Below are positions 61,826-64,000 of a DNA stretch of 64,000 nucleotides, in pieces. Within the stretch, counting starts at the first letter, position 1. Every line of letters begins with the position of its first letter. Source of the stretch: the human T2T-CHM13v2.0 reference genome, Homo sapiens; assembly GCF_009914755.1 (NCBI RefSeq), contig NC_060928.1, one strand, 5' to 3'. Under the pieces are notes generated by a model that saw nothing but the letters and a program-made list of their open reading frames with translations, made no database searches and was not told the DNA's origin. Both the position numbers and the translations under genes were made by a program.

Positions 61826-62123
61826 GGCTGGGCGCGGTGGCTCACGCCTGTAATCCCAGTACTTTGGGAGACCGAGGTGGGCGGATCACCTGAGGTCGGG
61901 AGTTCAAGACCAGCCTGACCAACATGGAGAAACCCCGTCTCTACTAAAAATACAAAAGTAGCCGGGGTGGTGGCGCATGTCTGTAATCCCAGCTACCCAG
62001 GAGGCTGAGGCAGGAGAATCACTTGAACCTGGGAGGCGGAGTTGCAGTGAGCTGAGATTGCACCATTGCACTCCAGCCTGGGCAACAAGAGTGAAACTCC
62101 GTCTCAAAAAAAAAAAAAAAAAA
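61826..62123 (+). mobile_element. AluSp
   Basis: gaggtcgggagttc, cctgaccaacatggagaaac, ccattgcac, ggcaacaagagtgaaac. Confidence 0.95.
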
Positions 62124-62339
62124 GAAATGTAATAATGATAGCTCCTACCTATCATTTATTCTTTCATTACCTTGACCATTAGTAGAAAAAACAAGCAAAG
62201 GGCTCTCTCAGGAGAGCTGTAAGAGATAACAATAGTTTTCACATTAAGTGGTAGCTCTTGAAGTGAGAAGAGGGCAAATTCTGAATATATATTGACTGTA
62301 CAAACAACAAGATGTGTGATGAAATAGATATGTGGCATG

Positions 62340-62465
62340 AGAGAAAACAGAAAAGTATACATACAGACAGACACAGAGAGACAGAAACAGAGAGAGTGAG
62401 AGAGACGGACATATAGAGACATACACAGACATATAGACTAACAGAGTTCGAGAGAGAAAGAGAAA
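62340..62465. repeat. GA/CA-rich low-complexity repeat
   Basis: Direct inspection. Confidence 0.75.
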
Positions 62466-62479
62466 GATCAGGAAATGAA

Positions 62480-63030
62480 ATAAGAAAGCAATTAACATAT
62501 TAACTCTACTGAAGTCATGAGCCCACAAGGGTAGATAGAGGACAGAAACATCCAATGACAAAGACTTACAAGTTAGAACATTAAAAGAGGTGACTGGAAA
62601 GGAGCTGCCAGTAAGGCAAAAGGAAAACCAAGTAAACAAAATGTTTTCATCAGGAGAAAGTAATAATATTTGTTAAATATCACTTATAAATCAAGTTAAA
62701 TCAAGACTAAAAGTTGTCATTATTCTGGTCAAGATCGAAGTCATTGGTGACCTTGTCAAGAGCATTTCAGAAGAGAAACAAGCAGGATTGTTTGATTACA
62801 GGTCTGTTACAGAGAATGGGAGGAAAAAAGAGGAAATCGCGTTTTGAGCAATGCTTATAAAGAGCTTTATTCTAAGAGATTGCAGAACAGGGGTGAAATG
62901 ATAGTAGGTACTAGCTGGAGCTTATTTTTAAGGGCAGGGAAGTTTACAGAATGCTTGAATAATACAAACAAGCGAAATGAAGTAGTGAAAGATGAAGAAG
63001 ACAGAGTAATTGCAGGAGTAAATTTTTAGT
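62480..63030 (-). mobile_element. L2 fragment
   Basis: ggagctgccagtaaggcaaaaggaaaaccaag...gtcattggtgaccttgtcaagagcatttcag...gagaatgggagg. Confidence 0.7.
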
Positions 63031-63049
63031 GAATGCACACAATATGTAA

Positions 63050-63230
63050 GATACAGCATCAAGTGATTTACTTGTGTCTTATTTAATGATTAAAACAAAC
63101 TCTGAGGTAAATATTGTTATGCTGTTTTACAGATGCGGAAATCACTTAGAGAAGTTTAGACTGCTTGACTAAAGTCACACAGCTGGTAAGAGACAGAGCC
63201 AAAAGTTAAACCCAAGACTGCTTCAAATCT
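63050..63230 (-). mobile_element. MIR
   Basis: gttttacagatgcggaaa...cttgactaaagtcacacagctggtaagagacagagcc. Confidence 0.8.
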
Positions 63231-64000
63231 CCATGAACTTGACCTAATCATTAGCTATAGGTAATACATTTTGCCAGGCCACTAATGTACAGCCATTAAT
63301 CTTATCTGAACCCAGGCGCATAAAATTATCTGTACAGCCTTCAAAGTACCCAAGAATTTTCTTCAGCACTAAGACAACCTCAAATCATGGTTTTTACAAA
63401 TCTCGGCTACATAGTTTTCCATGGTTGAGCAACAGAAAATATATATACATACGTATATATTTCTATCAAGCTAAATACGTAGTTTACATATAAATCTCAT
63501 GTTCAGTTTTTCAGCAAAAAACAGTAAGTTGCTCAGAAAAAAATATACCATAGACCTAGAGAGAAATTCAGATATTTGCTTTTCAGGGTCCTATTTTATG
63601 AGTGTGTACACCAAGGCAAAGAAACGTTAAATCACTTACCATTGACAGACATGGAATTAGAACCAGAGAAAAAAGGTGAAAACTCATGGAAAAATTAAAA
63701 TAAATACATTTACTTTTCTGTTCTTTTTCAAGATGTTACATACCCTTACTTTGAAATGTGTAGCTAAAGAGATTGCAATTAGACCCTAAATCAAATAAAG
63801 AGGTAAAAAGTTGTAGAACTGAAACTTAGGGAATCTGTAAATTACGGAAGTTTGTTTTGGCTTTTACAAATTAAAAAAATCTTAGCCTACACTCCGATAG
63901 ATCTTTCATTTCTGTAGTAGAATGTGAGGGATTTTGTGTAATACCTGGAGATGAGCAGGCCTAGTTCTAAATTTTCAGTGAGTGACTTTGGATATTTTGC

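Noticed and set aside
63634-63785. Minus-strand exon (donor ATG/GTAAGT at ~63640, acceptor near 63786)
   Set aside because: Such splice-like motifs occur by chance in 64 kb; the sequence is AT-rich with no convincing reading frame; needs RNA evidence

Overview
Primate genomic DNA, almost certainly human: an Alu carrying all five AluYa5 diagnostic bases is present. The window is AT-rich and dominated by interspersed repeats, with no CpG island and no protein-coding exon, RNA gene or intact retroelement ORF that I can support. It looks intergenic or deep-intronic. The ORF track is explained by Alu, L1, ERV, Tigger and simple-repeat sequence or by chance. Main contents: (1) a decayed ~7.7 kb ERV1 (MER4-group) provirus at 17315-24983 with two LTRs, a tRNA-Arg-type PBS, an in-frame gag/pro deletion, pol remnants and an env resembling HERV-R(b)/PABL_B, inserted into a MER34-type LTR and itself hit by AluYa5, AluY and MER50; (2) an internally deleted L1PB-type element; (3) a near full-length Tigger2; (4) an MST element whose 5' LTR is mostly replaced by a 30-bp AT-rich minisatellite; (5) 16 Alus, many solo LTRs and MADE1/hAT MITEs. 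I found no evidence of a previously undescribed biological system. The items worth checking are local rearrangement scars, nested insertions, likely polymorphic elements and a few repeat-free candidate regulatory segments. Repeat subfamily names come from recalled consensus sequences and need RepeatMasker/Dfam confirmation; boundaries of old elements are approximate.
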